Part shown: positions 9,112 to 21,318 of the stretch, one piece after another
Numbering within the stretch: the first letter of the stretch is position 1
How the letters are laid out: each line of letters opens with the position of its first letter
Assembly (NCBI GenBank): GCA_963843575.1
Contig: CAWJKZ010000011.1
Coordinates: 96,001 to 160,000, forward strand
Source: an uncultured Acidobacteriota bacterium
GTDB taxonomy: Bacteria; Acidobacteriota; UBA6911
DNA: 64,000 nucleotides
Reading direction: 5' to 3'
Program-made: the position numbers and the translations under genes
Notes under the pieces: model-generated
What the model was told of the DNA's origin: nothing
Databases searched by the model: none
What the model saw: only the letters and a program-made list of their open reading frames with translations

Positions 9112-10270
9112 GTGAAGTACGTGGTTACTGCGTTTCGCCCCGCGCTCATGGTTGTGGGGATCTTGCTTGCGGGGATGTCCGGCGATTCGCAGGCCTGCAA
9201 CGTGCCGGCCTTCCGTTATGCGCTCGAACGGTGGCCTGCCGACCCCTATCAGATACTGGTTTACTGTCAGACCGCGCCGCAGGGCGAAGCGTTCGACCTG
9301 CTGCGGAAGGGCGCGGCCGGACGTGGCGGCGCCAACTATTCCCTGAGACCGGTCGACGTTACCACACCCGAGGGAAAGGCGCTCGCGCAGGAGCGCGGTA
9401 TCGTCGCCTACCCGTGGGTCGAAGTCTTCTACCCAGTACATTTCCACGTTCGCGCTCCAATCTGGTCAGGCCCCCTCACCCCCGACCGTGTCACGCACAT
9501 CCTGGCTTCGCCCCGGCGGTCAGAGGTGGCCCGGAATCTGTTGGGTGGAGACGTCGCGGTCTGGGTCCTGATAAAAAGCGGCAGTGAACGGGAGGACGAG
9601 CGGGCGCTGCTGACCCTCAAGGCCAGCCTGGAACGTGCTTCGGCGACGCTCCGTATGCCTGAAATCGGCACGGACCTGAACGGCAACCCGGTCGAAGTCA
9701 CGGATTTCAAGACCTACCCCGTGCGCTTCAGCCTGTTGACCGCAGCGCGCAACGACCCTGAAGAAGAGCTGCTGGTCAGCGCTCTGCTGAAATCGGAGCC
9801 CGACCTGGAACAGGCTGACGGGCCGGTGGCCTTCCCCGTTTTCGGCCGTGGTCGCGCCCTTTATGCGCTTGTCAGCGGCGGTATCCAGGAGAAAAACATC
9901 CTCGAGGCGTGCCAGTCGATGCTCGACTGGTGTTCATGCGAGATCAAGGCGCAGAACCCGGGGACCGACCTGCTGATTGCGGCGGACTGGTCCAGACCGT
10001 CCGGCGGGAAGATGGTCAAGGACCCGGAGTTGCCCCTGGCCGGGCTGAGTGGATTTCGCCCAGATCAAAAGGTAGCGGAAGCCGTGGCGGCCGTCGACAA
10101 GCCCGACCCCGCCGAACCGCGGGTGGCGGTGCGCCCCGATCGACACCGCGGCGCCGGCGCCGGCTCCACGCAGGAGCCCGCTCGTGCGCAACGTGCTGTA
10201 CCTGGCCGGCGCCGCCGGCCTGGTGCTGGTGGCCCTCTCGGTGGTCGTGACCGTGAAGTCGAAGAGATGA
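9112..10270 (+). CDS. Conserved hypothetical exported protein with C-terminal membrane anchor (frameshift near 10120-10150)
   Basis: Signal peptide, CNVPAFRYALERWPADPY and CSCEIKAQNPGTDLL motifs. The hydrophobic tail LVRNVLYLAGAAGLVLVALSVVVTVKSKR* lies in another frame ending at 10270. Confidence 0.65.
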
Positions 10271-10345
10271 ACCTGCGTCCATCTTCGAGGTTCTTTCAGC
10301 TCTTCGCGCCTTCGAGGTCGATTCTCTGTAGCCTGGTGACCTGAC

Positions 10346-11608
10346 GTGAGCATCTGGCAATTGGCGACCAAGGAGATCCTCCGCAGGAAGGCGAACTTCG
10401 CCTCCGGCCTGATCGCCGTTACGTTGGCCGTTGCCGTCCTGGCCGGGGCGATGACGATGCTCCGGCTCCACGACCTGCGCACCGAACGCATCGTGGCCCA
10501 GAAGGAGCAGGAGACCCGGCAGCGCATGGCGCTGCTCGAAGACGACTACCGGAAGATCATGAAGAACCTGGGCTTCAACCTGCTGATCCTCCCGAGCACG
10601 CAGAAGTTGTCCGACTTCTATGCGGACGACGCTCTCTCCTCCTACATGCCGGACACCTACGCGACGCGGTTGGCCGAGGCGAAAATAGTGACGATTCGCC
10701 ACCTGCTGCCGAGCCTGCAGGAGAAGGTCAGGTGGCCCGAAAGGAAACGCGCCATCATTCTCATCGGAACGCGCGGCGAAGTCCCGTCCATGTTCCGCGA
10801 CGCGCGCGAGCCGATCCTGGTCGCGGTCCCCAAGGGGAGCGCCGTCGTCGGGCACGAACTTGCCGAGAGCTGCGGCCTCAAGGCCGGCGACCGCATCGCC
10901 TTGTTCGGCCGGACGTTCACGGTCAGCCAGTGCAACGAGGAACGCGGCTCCAGCGACGACATCTCCATTTGGATCGACCTGGCGCAGGCGCAGGAGATAT
11001 TGAACAAACCCGGGAAGATCAACGCCATCCTGGCCCTGAAGTGCATCTGCGCCGGGAACGAGCTGGCGCTGGTCCGGCGGGATGTGGCCGCGGTGTTGCC
11101 GGGCGTCCAGGTGATCGAGCAAGGCTCCAAGGTCCTGACCCGCGCCGAGGCCAGGGACCGCGCCGCACGCGAGGCTGCCGACGCCCTCGCGGCCGAGGTG
11201 CGCAATCGCCGTCAGCTCCGCGAGGAGCAGGAGAAACTCTCTTCGATCCTCGTGCCGCTGGTGCTGCTGGTCAGCGCGCTCTGGATCGGCCTGGTCTTCT
11301 ACACGAATGTCCGGGAGCGCCGCAGCGAGATCGGCATTCTGCGGGCCCTTGGCGCCCGGGCAGGCACGATACTCCGATTGTTCCTGACCAAAGCCCTGCT
11401 GATGGGCATCGCCGGCGGCGTCGTGGGTTACGCCCTCGGGACCCTGGCCGGCCTGAGCCGCCAGGCGGAATTCAGATCCGCATTCTTGCAGGCGCCCGTG
11501 TTCTTCCTGGCTACTTGCACCGCGATAGCCCTCTCCCTGGCCGCCAGCTGGGTCCCGGCGTATTACGCCGCGCAGCGGGATCCGGCTGAAGTCTTGAGGG
11601 AGGAGTAA
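10346..11608 (+). CDS. ABC transporter permease (FtsX/MacB-like)
   Basis: N-terminal TM, large periplasmic loop, VRERRSEIGILRALGA, C-terminal DPAEVLREE. Confidence 0.9.
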   Translation: MSIWQLATKEILRRKANFASGLIAVTLAVAVLAGAMTMLRLHDLRTERIVAQKEQETRQRMALLEDDYRKIMKNLGFNLLILPSTQKLSDFYADDALSSYMPDTYATRLAEAKIVTIRHLLPSLQEKVRWPERKRAIILIGTRGEVPSMFRDAREPILVAVPKGSAVVGHELAESCGLKAGDRIALFGRTFTVSQCNEERGSSDDISIWIDLAQAQEILNKPGKINAILALKCICAGNELALVRRDVAAVLPGVQVIEQGSKVLTRAEARDRAAREAADALAAEVRNRRQLREEQEKLSSILVPLVLLVSALWIGLVFYTNVRERRSEIGILRALGARAGTILRLFLTKALLMGIAGGVVGYALGTLAGLSRQAEFRSAFLQAPVFFLATCTAIALSLAASWVPAYYAAQRDPAEVLREE

Positions 11609-11613
11609 CCGGG

Positions 11614-12279
11614 ATGCTCCTGCTCGAGAAGGTTGCCAAGATTTATTTCAAAGGAGACTCGCAGATCACGGCGCTGGCGGAGCTCGACCTGAGGGTCCGT
11701 CCGGCCGAGTTCGTCGCGCTGCAGGGGCCCAGCGGGAGCGGCAAGACCACCTGCCTCCTGGTCGCGGGCGGGCTGCTGCGCCCGGACCGGGGGAGGGCGC
11801 TCGTCGACGGCTGCGACCTCTATGCCATGACGCGCAACCGTCTCGCCGCCTTCCGCTCGCAGAACATCGGGTTTGTCTTTCAGCAGTACCACCTCATCCC
11901 ATATCTGACCGTGCTGGAGAACATCCTCGCTCCCGAAGCCGCGGGCGGACGGAGCGTCGACGTCGGCCGCGGCCGCGAGCTCGCAGGGCGGTTCGGCCTC
12001 GAGCACCGGCTCGATCACACGCCGGCCGAGCTGAGCTCCGGCGAGAAGCAGCGCACGGCGTTGGCCCGGGCGCTGCTGTTTCAACCCAGGCTCCTGCTGG
12101 CAGACGAAATCACCGGGAACCTGGATCAGGCGAATGCCCAAATCGTCCTCGGTTACCTGACGGACTACGTCAAGTCCGGAGGTTCGGTCCTGCTGGTGAC
12201 GCACGACCGCGAAATCGCGAGGCAGGCTCACCGCGCCGAGTATCTGGCTGACTCCGCAGGATTGGAGGTTCCGCGGTGA
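11614..12279 (+). CDS. ABC transporter ATP-binding protein (LolD-like)
   Basis: Walker A GPSGSGKT, LSSGEKQR signature, LLLADEITGNLD, VTHD. Confidence 0.93.
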   Translation: MLLLEKVAKIYFKGDSQITALAELDLRVRPAEFVALQGPSGSGKTTCLLVAGGLLRPDRGRALVDGCDLYAMTRNRLAAFRSQNIGFVFQQYHLIPYLTVLENILAPEAAGGRSVDVGRGRELAGRFGLEHRLDHTPAELSSGEKQRTALARALLFQPRLLLADEITGNLDQANAQIVLGYLTDYVKSGGSVLLVTHDREIARQAHRAEYLADSAGLEVPR

Positions 12280-15200
12280 AAGAGTTGGTTGCGCGCGTCG
12301 CGCTCGGATTCCTGTTGATCGCAGGCCTGCTGCTGCCTTCGGCCCTGGCCGGTGATTGGCCGATGTGGCGCCACGACGCCGGGCGGACGGCTGCGGCCCC
12401 GGAGGAACTGCCGGCGCAGCTCCATCCGCAATGGGTGCGCCAGTATTCCCCGCGGGAACCGGTCTGGGACGATCCCTTGAATCAGGACCTGATGCCCCTC
12501 GACGGCGTGTTCGAGCCGATCGTGCTGGGCGACACGTTGTATGTCGGATTCAACGACCGCGACAAAGTGGTGGCCCTGGACACCCGAACCGGGGTGGAGA
12601 AGTGGTCCTTTTTCGCCGACGGGCCGGTTCGCCTGCCGCTGGCCGGCCGGGCCGGCCGGCTCTATTTCACCAGCGACGACGGTTATCTCTACTGCCTCTC
12701 CGCAGACACCGGAACCTTGCGGTGGAAATTCCGGGGCGGCCCCGCAGACCGGAAGATCCTGGGCAACAAGCGCCTGATTTCCACCTGGCCGGCACGGGGC
12801 GGGGTGGTCGTCTACGGCAACGTCGTGTATTTCGCCGCCAGCATCTGGCCGTTCATGGGAACGTTCATCTACGCCCTGGACGCCGAGACCGGCCGCGTCA
12901 TCTGGCGCAACGAAGGCACCGGCGCGGATTACCAGAACCAGCCGCACAACTCCCCCGCATTTGCCGGGATCGCGCCCCAGGGCGCGCTCGTGGCCCTGGC
13001 CAACCGCCTGCTCGATACCGGGCGGACGGTCCGTGCCGGCTTGCTTCGACCGCCGCACGGGGAAGCTCCTGTACTATCACCTGGCCGAGTACAACAAGAC
13101 CGGCGGCGCGTTCGTCGCCGCCGACGAGGCCCGCTTCTTCAATCACTACAGGGATCGCGACACGGACCTGTACGACGTGCTCAACGGCAAGGTCGTGGCG
13201 CGGAAGGTCGGCAGATACCCGGTCCTGTCCAGGTACGCCTACTACATGTCCGGCGACTCGATCACCGTGCGCGACGCCCGGCAGCCCAAGGCCGCGCAAT
13301 TCGCGCTGAAACTGGATGCGACGGGCGACCTCATCCGCTCCGGGTCCCGCTTGTACGCCGGCGGCGAAGGCCAGATCGCCGCCGTGGACATCGTGTGGAA
13401 CGGCAAACTCCGCAAACGCAGTCTGAAAACCGCGTGGGTGCAAAAGGTGGAGGGCAAGGTCGGGCGGTTGGTGGCGGCCAACGGCATGCTCTTCGCCGTC
13501 ACGCTCGACGGCAAGCTGATCGCCTTCGGGAAGGAAGACGTTTCCGGTCCGGACCCACCTGGAGAAGGCCGCGGCCCCGGAAATCACGCCGGACGAAGCG
13601 CGAACAGGCCCGCGCCATCCTCGACCACACGGGGGCGAAGGACGGGTACGCCCTGCTCTACGGTGTCGGGAACGGGGATTTGCTCGCCGCCCTGGCCGCA
13701 GCGTCGGACCTGCACATCGTGGCGGTGGAGCCAGGAGCAACGGCGGTGGCCGATCTGCGCCGCCGCTTCGACGCCCTTGGCCTGCTGGGAAAGCGTGTCC
13801 ACCTGCTCGAAGGAACTCCCGACACGTTCGAGGCGCCCCCCTACTTCGCCTCGCTGATCGTGCTCGCCTCCGGAGGCGAGCGCTTGCCCAGCGACGAGTC
13901 CCTGCGGAAAATGGTGAGGTCTGCGAGACCTTACGGGGGAAAATCTGGCTGCCGTCGGGCGCCGGGCAGCAGGCCAGCCTCGCCCGGCTGCTCGGGAAGT
14001 CCGATGGTGCGACGCTCTCCGTCCGGTCATTCGCGCGCGGTGCGGTGTTGAGCAAGGACGGGCCGCTCCCCGGAGGCGCCGCCAACTGGACGCACCAGTA
14101 CGGCAACGTCGCCAACACGGTGAAATCGGACGACGGCCTGGTCAAACTGCCGCTGGGGGTGCTGTGGTTCGGGGGCGTTTCCAACCTCGACGTCCTGCCG
14201 CGCCACGGACACGGCCCGCCGGAACAGATCGTCGACGGCCGCCTGATCATCGAAGGCATCGACTCCATCAGCGCCCGCGACGTCTATACCGGCAGGGTGC
14301 TGTGGAAAACCCCCTTGGACAAGGCCGACACGTTCGGCCAGTATTACGACGAGACCTACCAGCAGGACATCCCGCTGACCGTTATCACCAATCAGCGGCA
14401 CATCCCGGGCGCAAATGCCCGCGGGACGAATTTCGTCGCGACCTCCGACCGTGTCTACGTCGTGCAGGGGAATCGCTGCTATGCCCTTGATCTCACGACG
14501 GGCGAGACGAAGAGCGTCTTCTCCCTCCCCGCCGAAAACGGCGCAGAGCCGGCCCGCTGGGGATACGTCGGCGTTTCCGGCGACAGTCTGATCGCGGGGA
14601 GCGACTTCGTTCCGTTCTCGAGCTCATCCCAGAGCGCGGCGAGCCCCGGGGAAACTGCGGCCCTGACCGAACGGGAACGAGCCAGGCTCAAGGTGTCCCC
14701 CGTGTTCGACCTCACGGCCAGCAAGTCGCTGGTGGTCATGGACCGCCACGACGGCTCGGTCAAATGGAAGATAGACGCGCGCCACGGCTTCATCCACAAT
14801 GCCATCACCGCGAGCGACCGGGTGGTGTTCTGCCTCGACAAACTGCCGCCCTCGCTCGAGAAGAGGTTGCGGCGCCGCGGCCTCGAGCCGCCCACCGACT
14901 ATCGCCTGCTGGCCCTGGACCTGGAGACGGGGCGGGTCCTGTGGGAACGGAATACGGGTGTCTTCGGCAGCTGGCTGAGCTACTCGCTGGAGCACGACCG
15001 GCTACTGCAGGCGACCCGGCCCTCCAGCGACATGATCGCGGACGAGACGGGCGAACGCATGGCGGTCTACGCCGCGTCGACCGGAACACTCGTGTGGGAC
15101 AGGCCGATCAAGTACGGCAACCCTCCTATCCTGTACCGGGACGAGATCATCACCGACCGTGCGGCCTACATGCTGGCCACCGGCGAACGGAAGCTTCGGG

Positions 15201-16042
15201 TGGATCCGGTGACGGGCGAAGAGATGCTCTGGAGCTATTCGCGCGCCTATGGCTGCAACTACAACATCGCCAGCGAACACCTGCTGTCTTTCCGGTCCGC
15301 TGCCGCCGGGTTCTATGACCTGTTCTCGGATGGCGGCACCGGGAACCTGGGCGGCTTCAAGTCGGGGTGCACCTCCAACCTCATCGCCGCCGGCGGCGTG
15401 CTGAATGCGCCCGATTACACCCGGACGTGCCAGTGCTCCTATCAGAACCAGACGTCCCTGGCGTTCATCCACATGCCCGAGCTGGAGTACTGGACGACGA
15501 ACGACTTCGTGTGGAACGCCAAGCGAGTCGGGAGGCTGGGCATCAACCTCAACGCGCCCGGCGACCGGGTCGCGTCTGACGGCACCCTCTGGCTGGACTT
15601 TCCCAGCGTGGGCGGGAAATCTCCCGACCTCCCCATCGTGTTCGATCCGGCGAAGACGCGCCCGATCCGCAGGCATGCCCTCACCCTGAAGCCGAACGGG
15701 TACGAGTGGGTGGCCGCCTCCGGGCTATCCGGACCGCTCAAACTGAAAATCACCCTGTCCGGCGAACCGTCGGACAAGGCGACTTACACCGTCAAACTGC
15801 ACTTCGCCGAGCTGGAGAACAAGAAGCCCGGCGAACGCGTCTTCAACGTCAGGCTTCAGGATAGCGAGGTCCTGCACGGATTCGATATCGCGAAGGAAGC
15901 GGGCGGGGTCGACACCCCGGTGGTCCGGACCTTCGAAAAAATCGCGGTGAAGGACGCCCTCACCGTCGAGTGCCTTCCCACCACGGCCGGGACCGGGGCC
16001 CCGCCGCTGCTGAGCGGCATCGAGGTCATCCTGGAAGAGTAG
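12276..16042 (+). CDS. Large PQQ-binding-like beta-propeller protein with central methyltransferase-like segment and C-terminal malectin-like domain; split by frameshifts
   Basis: DWPMWRHDAGRT N-terminus and repeated ALD..TG...W propeller blades. The reading continues across frames (12276, 12961, about 13600, 14045). C-terminus YTVKLHFAELE...RVFNV..Q...VL..FDI...PLLSGIEV is malectin-like. Confidence 0.75.
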
Positions 16043-16068
16043 CGCTCGAGGCTGATTTCTTGAATCCC

Positions 16069-16629
16069 ATGGCCAAAGATCTCCTCCAGCTCGAGGCCGG
16101 CAGCCGCCGGCAGTGGCGGACGTGGCTGGGGAAGCACCACGCGTCGAGCCCGGGCGTCTGGCTGGTGTTCCACAAGGGGCACACGGGCGTGAAATCGATC
16201 GCGTACGAGGACTCGGTGCGCGAGGCGCTCTGCTTCGGCTGGGTCGACAGCCTGGTCAAGCGCCTCGACGACGAGCGCTACGCCCGCAAGTTCACGCCGC
16301 GCAAGCCCACGAGCAAGTGGTCGGACAGCAATCGGCGGCGCTGGCTGGAACTCGAAACGGCCGGCCTGCTCACCCCGGCCGGTCTTGCGGTGGCGCCGAC
16401 GGACAAAGGCTACGCGCCGCCGCCAGCCATCCCTGAACTGCCCGCTTACATCGCCCGGGCCTTGCGGGCGAACCCGAAAGCGTGGACCTTCTTCCGGGAG
16501 CTGGCGCCGACGTACCGGCGTCACTTCGTGGGTTGGATTCATTCGGCCAAACGAAGCGAAACGCGTGAGAAACGCACGCGTGAAGCGGTCGCGCTGCTGG
16601 AGGCGGGGAAGAAGCTGGGCCTGAAGTGA
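16069..16629 (+). CDS. YdeI/OmpD-associated family protein
   Basis: WRTWL..HH, EALCFGWVDS, FTPRKPTSKWSDSN, WIHSAKRSETREKR. Confidence 0.88.
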   Translation: MAKDLLQLEAGSRRQWRTWLGKHHASSPGVWLVFHKGHTGVKSIAYEDSVREALCFGWVDSLVKRLDDERYARKFTPRKPTSKWSDSNRRRWLELETAGLLTPAGLAVAPTDKGYAPPPAIPELPAYIARALRANPKAWTFFRELAPTYRRHFVGWIHSAKRSETREKRTREAVALLEAGKKLGLK

Positions 16630-16680
16630 CCGGATAGAGAGCCGCGCGTTTCTTGAAGTGATGGTACTGATATTGACAAA

Positions 16681-16842
16681 TACGCCAACGTATTTGTCAG
16701 GACGCGGATGCGCGCGGATCCCCACAGATCGACCTGGCGACAGGCGGCGGTCGATCCGCGTGAATCCGTTGGATCCGCGGAATCTGCGTTCTGTTCTTGC
16801 TTTTGTCTTTCATCGCCCGGGTTGTTCTGCGTCCTGAAAAAA
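16681..16842. repeat. Family B repeat (reverse orientation)
   Basis: Near-identical reverse complement of 49244..49345. Confidence 0.88.
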
Positions 16843-16873
16843 TGCGTCAGCCCGGACCCACTACAATGGGGCG

Positions 16874-18778
16874 CTATTCCGGATCGATTACCGCCTCCGC
16901 ATATTCCCCGATTCGTCTGCCGTTGATGGTGAGGTCGGCCGTGACCACCCGGCGTCCCTTGCCCACGCTGCGCAACTCGAACGGCAGCGCGATCCCGGAT
17001 TTGGGCGGAATCGTCACGGTCCTGTCGGCCGAGGCGCACGTGACACCCTGCGGGCAGCTTGAGCCGGATCCGAACCAGCGCCGGCCTGAACAGGTGGTTG
17101 CGCACCCGCAGCTCCAGGTCGACCGCCCGGCCCGGTTCGGCGATCGTCCGGTACGGGTACAAGTGGCACCAGCGGTAATCGACGCCGAAGTTCGGGTCGG
17201 GTTGATCGACGAGCGACGTCATGACTTCCCTGAGCTGCCGCGCCCAGCCGAGGAAGCCCTGGAGGTCTTCGCGCGTCGGCGAGTACTCCTCGGTGTGGGC
17301 AGGGCAGACGAGGTCGGGCATGGTGTCGAGCATCGTCTGGGCGCACCGTATGAAGCCCCCGTCCAGGAAGTACTCGTTCTGCGGCACTAGCGGACCGTTG
17401 CGCACCTTGCCGGGGTACTTCTTGTTCCAGGTGTTGTCGCCGGTGAAGAGCACCTTCTTGCCGTCGATGGCGACCAGGAGCCCCTGGTGGAACTCGGTCT
17501 GGCCCGGCAGGTGGAGGAACTCCATCGAGTACTCGTGCCAGTGCAACCTTCTCGCGTCGCGCACGCACGCGGTCGGCTGGGATCGGAAACGGGATCAGGC
17601 AGGGCAGTCGGAATCGCGCCGGGATGCTCGAGGATGTCGCGCATGTTCTCGAACACCCAGACTCGCGTGTCCTCCGGCAGCAGTTCGTGCGTGCGGATGA
17701 TGTGGTCGTCGTGGTAGTGGCTGAACGAGACCGCGTCGATCCTCTTCACCCCGAAACCGGCTCTTCAGCTCGTCGATCCGCGAGCGGTCGACGTAGCCGT
17801 AGTCGTACAGGAAAGCGCTCCCGCTGTCCGACAGGATGGCGTAGCAGTTCGCGCCGCACGAAGACGAGGTGCGGCAGGATCTGCCGCACCTCCTGTTGCA
17901 CCCGGTGGAGTTCATTCGGCACCAGCATGTCGCGGAGGACGGCATAGACGCGCCGGTTTGCCGCCATGGCCGCGCGTGGATCCGCGATCGGGTCTCCCTG
18001 GCGCCGGCAGGAGCCAGTCCGGCTGCTCGCTTCTCGAGGGCCGCGAAGGCTCTTCTCGGACGCATCGATCCCCTGAGTGAACCCGTAGTAGTCCCAGTGC
18101 AGGTCGAACCAGTTGGGCACCTTGCCGGTCCCGGAGATCAGGTTTCCCGTGAAGGCGGTCTTCCGGCCGTCGACCTGAACGACAAACGAAATCGCGTGCT
18201 CCGTCGGGCCGGGCGTTTCGACGACCTTCAACTCGATAGCCTCGCCACGACACCACGTCCCCCGCGTTCAGCCTGCGGTCCACCCGGACGCTCTTCCGGA
18301 GCGTGTTCCAGTGCGAACGGCAGTTGTAGTTGATGTAGAGCTTGAGATTGTCCCAGAACTGCTCGACTTTCTCGAAGTGTCCCGCCTCCTGCGCCGGGAC
18401 GGCCACCTGGAATGCATAGTCCTGCAGGTCGCAGAGTCCCTGCGCCTGATCGCGGTGGTGGTGGGTGAGAAGGACCTGCTCCACCCGGTCAACGCCGAGG
18501 GCAGGGAGCTTCTTCAGGACGTCCCCGGACCCGAAGCCGACCAGGAGCGCGGTGCGCCCGTCGCGCAGCACATAGACGTTGCAGGTATCCTCGTAGACGG
18601 CCAGGTGCTCGCTCAGGTTCTTCACGGCCCCGGATGGGCGGAAGTCGCGCTCGTGTCTGCGTGCGGGGTCCGCGGGGAAGGGTGGAAGCGGCCGAGGGGC
18701 AAGATCGCGGCGCGTCTGGGCGAACGCGACGAATGAGACGCACAAGATGAGAACGGCCGGGAATGTCCGTCGCTTCAT
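16874..18778 (-). CDS. Exported tandem metallo-beta-lactamase-fold hydrolase; split by several frameshifts
   Basis: Signal MKRRTFPAVLILCVSFVAFA. THHHRDQ, TPGPT, SHYHDDH, HLPGQT, LFTGDN and CPAH motifs are distributed over ORFs 17912..19147, 17746..18231, 17387..17749 and 16539..17564. Confidence 0.72.
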
Positions 18779-18837
18779 GGTAGGTTCTCCGCTTTTTGCT
18801 GGACCTGTATAGATCGGACGCGGCTTGTCACCAACTG

Positions 18838-21318
18838 TCATTCTCTGTTTTTTAGTCCGCGTGGATCGGCGTGAATCTGCATCCGACCTGCCCTGTCGTG
18901 ATCGTACCGGAGTGCGAACACCTCCGCCCTGCCCAGGTCGGAACGCGTTCCGCCGAGCACCATGAGCACGAGGTCGTGTCCGGGATCGTACGTCCAGGCC
19001 CGGTTCTGGCTCACCAGGTCGGACGCCTGCCTGCCCGGCGGCGCGGCAATCCCGAGCTTGTGCCAGCGGTTTTCGCCCACGTGGTACGCATACAGCGCCG
19101 GAGCCTGCCTGCCCGCGGGGGAACCCGCGGTGAGCATCACGTCCCACTTCGGGAGGTAGACCGCTTCCCGGAAGCAGACGGGAGGTTTACCGCCGGCACC
19201 TTCGGCGAACCGGGGCAGGATCTTCTCCCACCTGCTACCGGGCAACCTGTAAACCCAAAGCTCGTCCTGCTGCGGCCCGCCGCCGTGCAGTATCAGCTGG
19301 TCGCGCCTGGAGTCGTAGACGAGCGCCGTCATCTCGTAGAGGTTCTGCGGCCACGGCCCGGGATTCGCCAGCTTGCGCCACTCCCGGCGAGCGACATCCA
19401 GCAGGTACACGGAATTGGGCGCGTTCGTCTTCACCTTCGCTTCGACCATGTCCCAGTAGTGATCGACGCCCATCACACCGTGAGGCGTAGTGACGGTCAG
19501 GTCGAGTCCTGGCACGCCGGAGCACAGCACCTCGGTTCGTTCGGTCGACGGGTCGTAGGTGGTCGTGACCCACTTCCGGTAGGACGATCTCGTGAAAGCC
19601 TCGCCGGCGCCCAGATCCGGGTTCCGGGGCTCGATTCCGCGCAACGGCTCCGGTTCGTAGCCGGCGGTCAGCAGGATGGTCTTGGTGTTTACGATGAGTT
19701 TGCTCACGGGATCGTAGGCGTAGACTTTGCGGCCGTGGCGCACGAACGGCACCCCGCCGAACGTCACCCCCGCCGCATTGATGCCGCGGTCCCACGCCCG
19801 CTCCGGGTACTCGGCGACGACCGGGCTGGCGATCCAGGTGTTCTGCTCCACGTCGTAGAGGTCGTAATCGGACCCGCCATATCCGCAGTGTCCGCCGCCC
19901 CAGTAGACAATCCGGCCCTTGTCCGTGTCGAACGCACACGAGCCCCAAGTCCGCAGCACGCCCGGCCGGCCCGCCCCGTCGAAATGAACCCATTGGTTCA
20001 GGGGCATGTTCCGGATACGCTCGGCCTGCCGTCGCGCACGCTCCGGGTCCGGTTGCGTGCCCGCGGTAGCCTCCTCCACGGTGCGCTTCGGCATGTCTTG
20101 CCGCGGTTGCGGCTGGACGCTTGCGTCCAGGAGCCCCTCGCGCCGGACTCTGAATCCCCAGGTCGTACGCACGGGGTAGATCTCGTTGCAGGACATCCGG
20201 TCGCCTCTGGACTTCTCGGCGGTCGTCAGGATGATGAGGCTCTCTTGCTCCCGCGGCATGAGATCGGCAGCGACATGCCACCCGGTGGGGACTTCGCCTT
20301 TGAGTTTCATCCAGCGGTCCGCCGGGGCGTCGTACGCCCACATGTCGGCGAGGTCCTCGCGGTTGTATCCGCCGCCGATGATCACCCACCCGGTGCCGGG
20401 GTCGTATACGGCGAAATGACCGGCACGCGGTGGCGGGCTTCCAGCCGCCCTGGACTGCCTCCACCGCCGGCCGCGCATGTCGTAGATCCAGGTGTCGGCC
20501 AGGTAGCGGCTCTGGCCGTCCCCCCCGAACATCACCATGACTTCGTTTTTCGTGTCGCAGACCAGCCGCGTGCTCATCCGCGGGGGAGGCTCGATCCCCG
20601 AATCCAGGGCGCGCCAGCGCGAGCTCGAACACTCGAACAGCCAGGTGCCTGTGTACCCCACCAGCCCGCCCCCCGGGCCCTTTTCGGCCACGTGCCCCCC
20701 AGCGGCGAGCACCATTTCGTCGTTCAGCGCGTCGTAGGCGAGCGTCGCCGCACTCACCGGGGGCGGACCCTGGGCGTTTGGGGCCGCATCGGCCCACTTG
20801 CGGGCGCGCACGTCATAGGAGAACGTCCTGCCGCCGGTGAAATAGATCATTCGGGCGCGCCTGGAGTCGTAGGCCACCTGGTCGAACACGATGTTCAAGT
20901 CCGGGCGCAGCACGCCCTCGCGCATTTTGAGCTGCGGGCGATAGCTGCCCGTGGTGATTCCCTGGTAGGCGCTGCACTCGTGGACCGGCGGCGGCTGGCT
21001 GCGCCATTCGTCCCGCTTCTCGAACGGATACTGGCTGACCCACCTGCCCACGTTCGGGTCGAACGCCACCACGTCGTACTCCTTGTTGCCGCTCCAGGGC
21101 TCTTCGGGGTTGCCGTAAAACTCCGTCACGTGACCCATGTAGCCCCAGAGCAGGAAATAGCCGCCGCCGTCGTCGACGAAGCGGAAGGCGCTGCCGCGCC
21201 GCGCGCCTTGCGGGTCCTGGGCGATCCGCGTCCAGGTGTTCACGGCGATGTCAGCCGGCCCGCCCGTGCTCAGAAGCACGGCAACGAAGGGAAGAAACCA
21301 GCAGAGATATCGGGGCAT
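18838..21318 (-). CDS. Secreted Kelch-repeat beta-propeller protein
   Basis: Signal peptide; repeated FGG/GG...DTW.YD...W Kelch blades; YWGGGHCGYGGSD. Confidence 0.82.
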   Translation of the reverse strand: MPRYLCWFLPFVAVLLSTGGPADIAVNTWTRIAQDPQGARRGSAFRFVDDGGGYFLLWGYMGHVTEFYGNPEEPWSGNKEYDVVAFDPNVGRWVSQYPFEKRDEWRSQPPPVHECSAYQGITTGSYRPQLKMREGVLRPDLNIVFDQVAYDSRRARMIYFTGGRTFSYDVRARKWADAAPNAQGPPPVSAATLAYDALNDEMVLAAGGHVAEKGPGGGLVGYTGTWLFECSSSRWRALDSGIEPPPRMSTRLVCDTKNEVMVMFGGDGQSRYLADTWIYDMRGRRWRQSRAAGSPPPRAGHFAVYDPGTGWVIIGGGYNREDLADMWAYDAPADRWMKLKGEVPTGWHVAADLMPREQESLIILTTAEKSRGDRMSCNEIYPVRTTWGFRVRREGLLDASVQPQPRQDMPKRTVEEATAGTQPDPERARRQAERIRNMPLNQWVHFDGAGRPGVLRTWGSCAFDTDKGRIVYWGGGHCGYGGSDYDLYDVEQNTWIASPVVAEYPERAWDRGINAAGVTFGGVPFVRHGRKVYAYDPVSKLIVNTKTILLTAGYEPEPLRGIEPRNPDLGAGEAFTRSSYRKWVTTTYDPSTERTEVLCSGVPGLDLTVTTPHGVMGVDHYWDMVEAKVKTNAPNSVYLLDVARREWRKLANPGPWPQNLYEMTALVYDSRRDQLILHGGGPQQDELWVYRLPGSRWEKILPRFAEGAGGKPPVCFREAVYLPKWDVMLTAGSPAGRQAPALYAYHVGENRWHKLGIAAPPGRQASDLVSQNRAWTYDPGHDLVLMVLGGTRSDLGRAEVFALRYDHDRAGRMQIHADPRGLKNRE

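Noticed and set aside
10277-10325. CTTCG-periodic stretch as a further repeat family
   Set aside because: It is a single degenerate occurrence in this window, which is insufficient support.
10100-18300. Programmed frameshifting or true pseudogenisation in the propeller and MBL genes (also at 40315 and 53440)
   Set aside because: Many small indels occur in otherwise intact genes with no obvious slippery sites or in-frame stops. Long-read or assembly error is more likely; read-level checking is needed.
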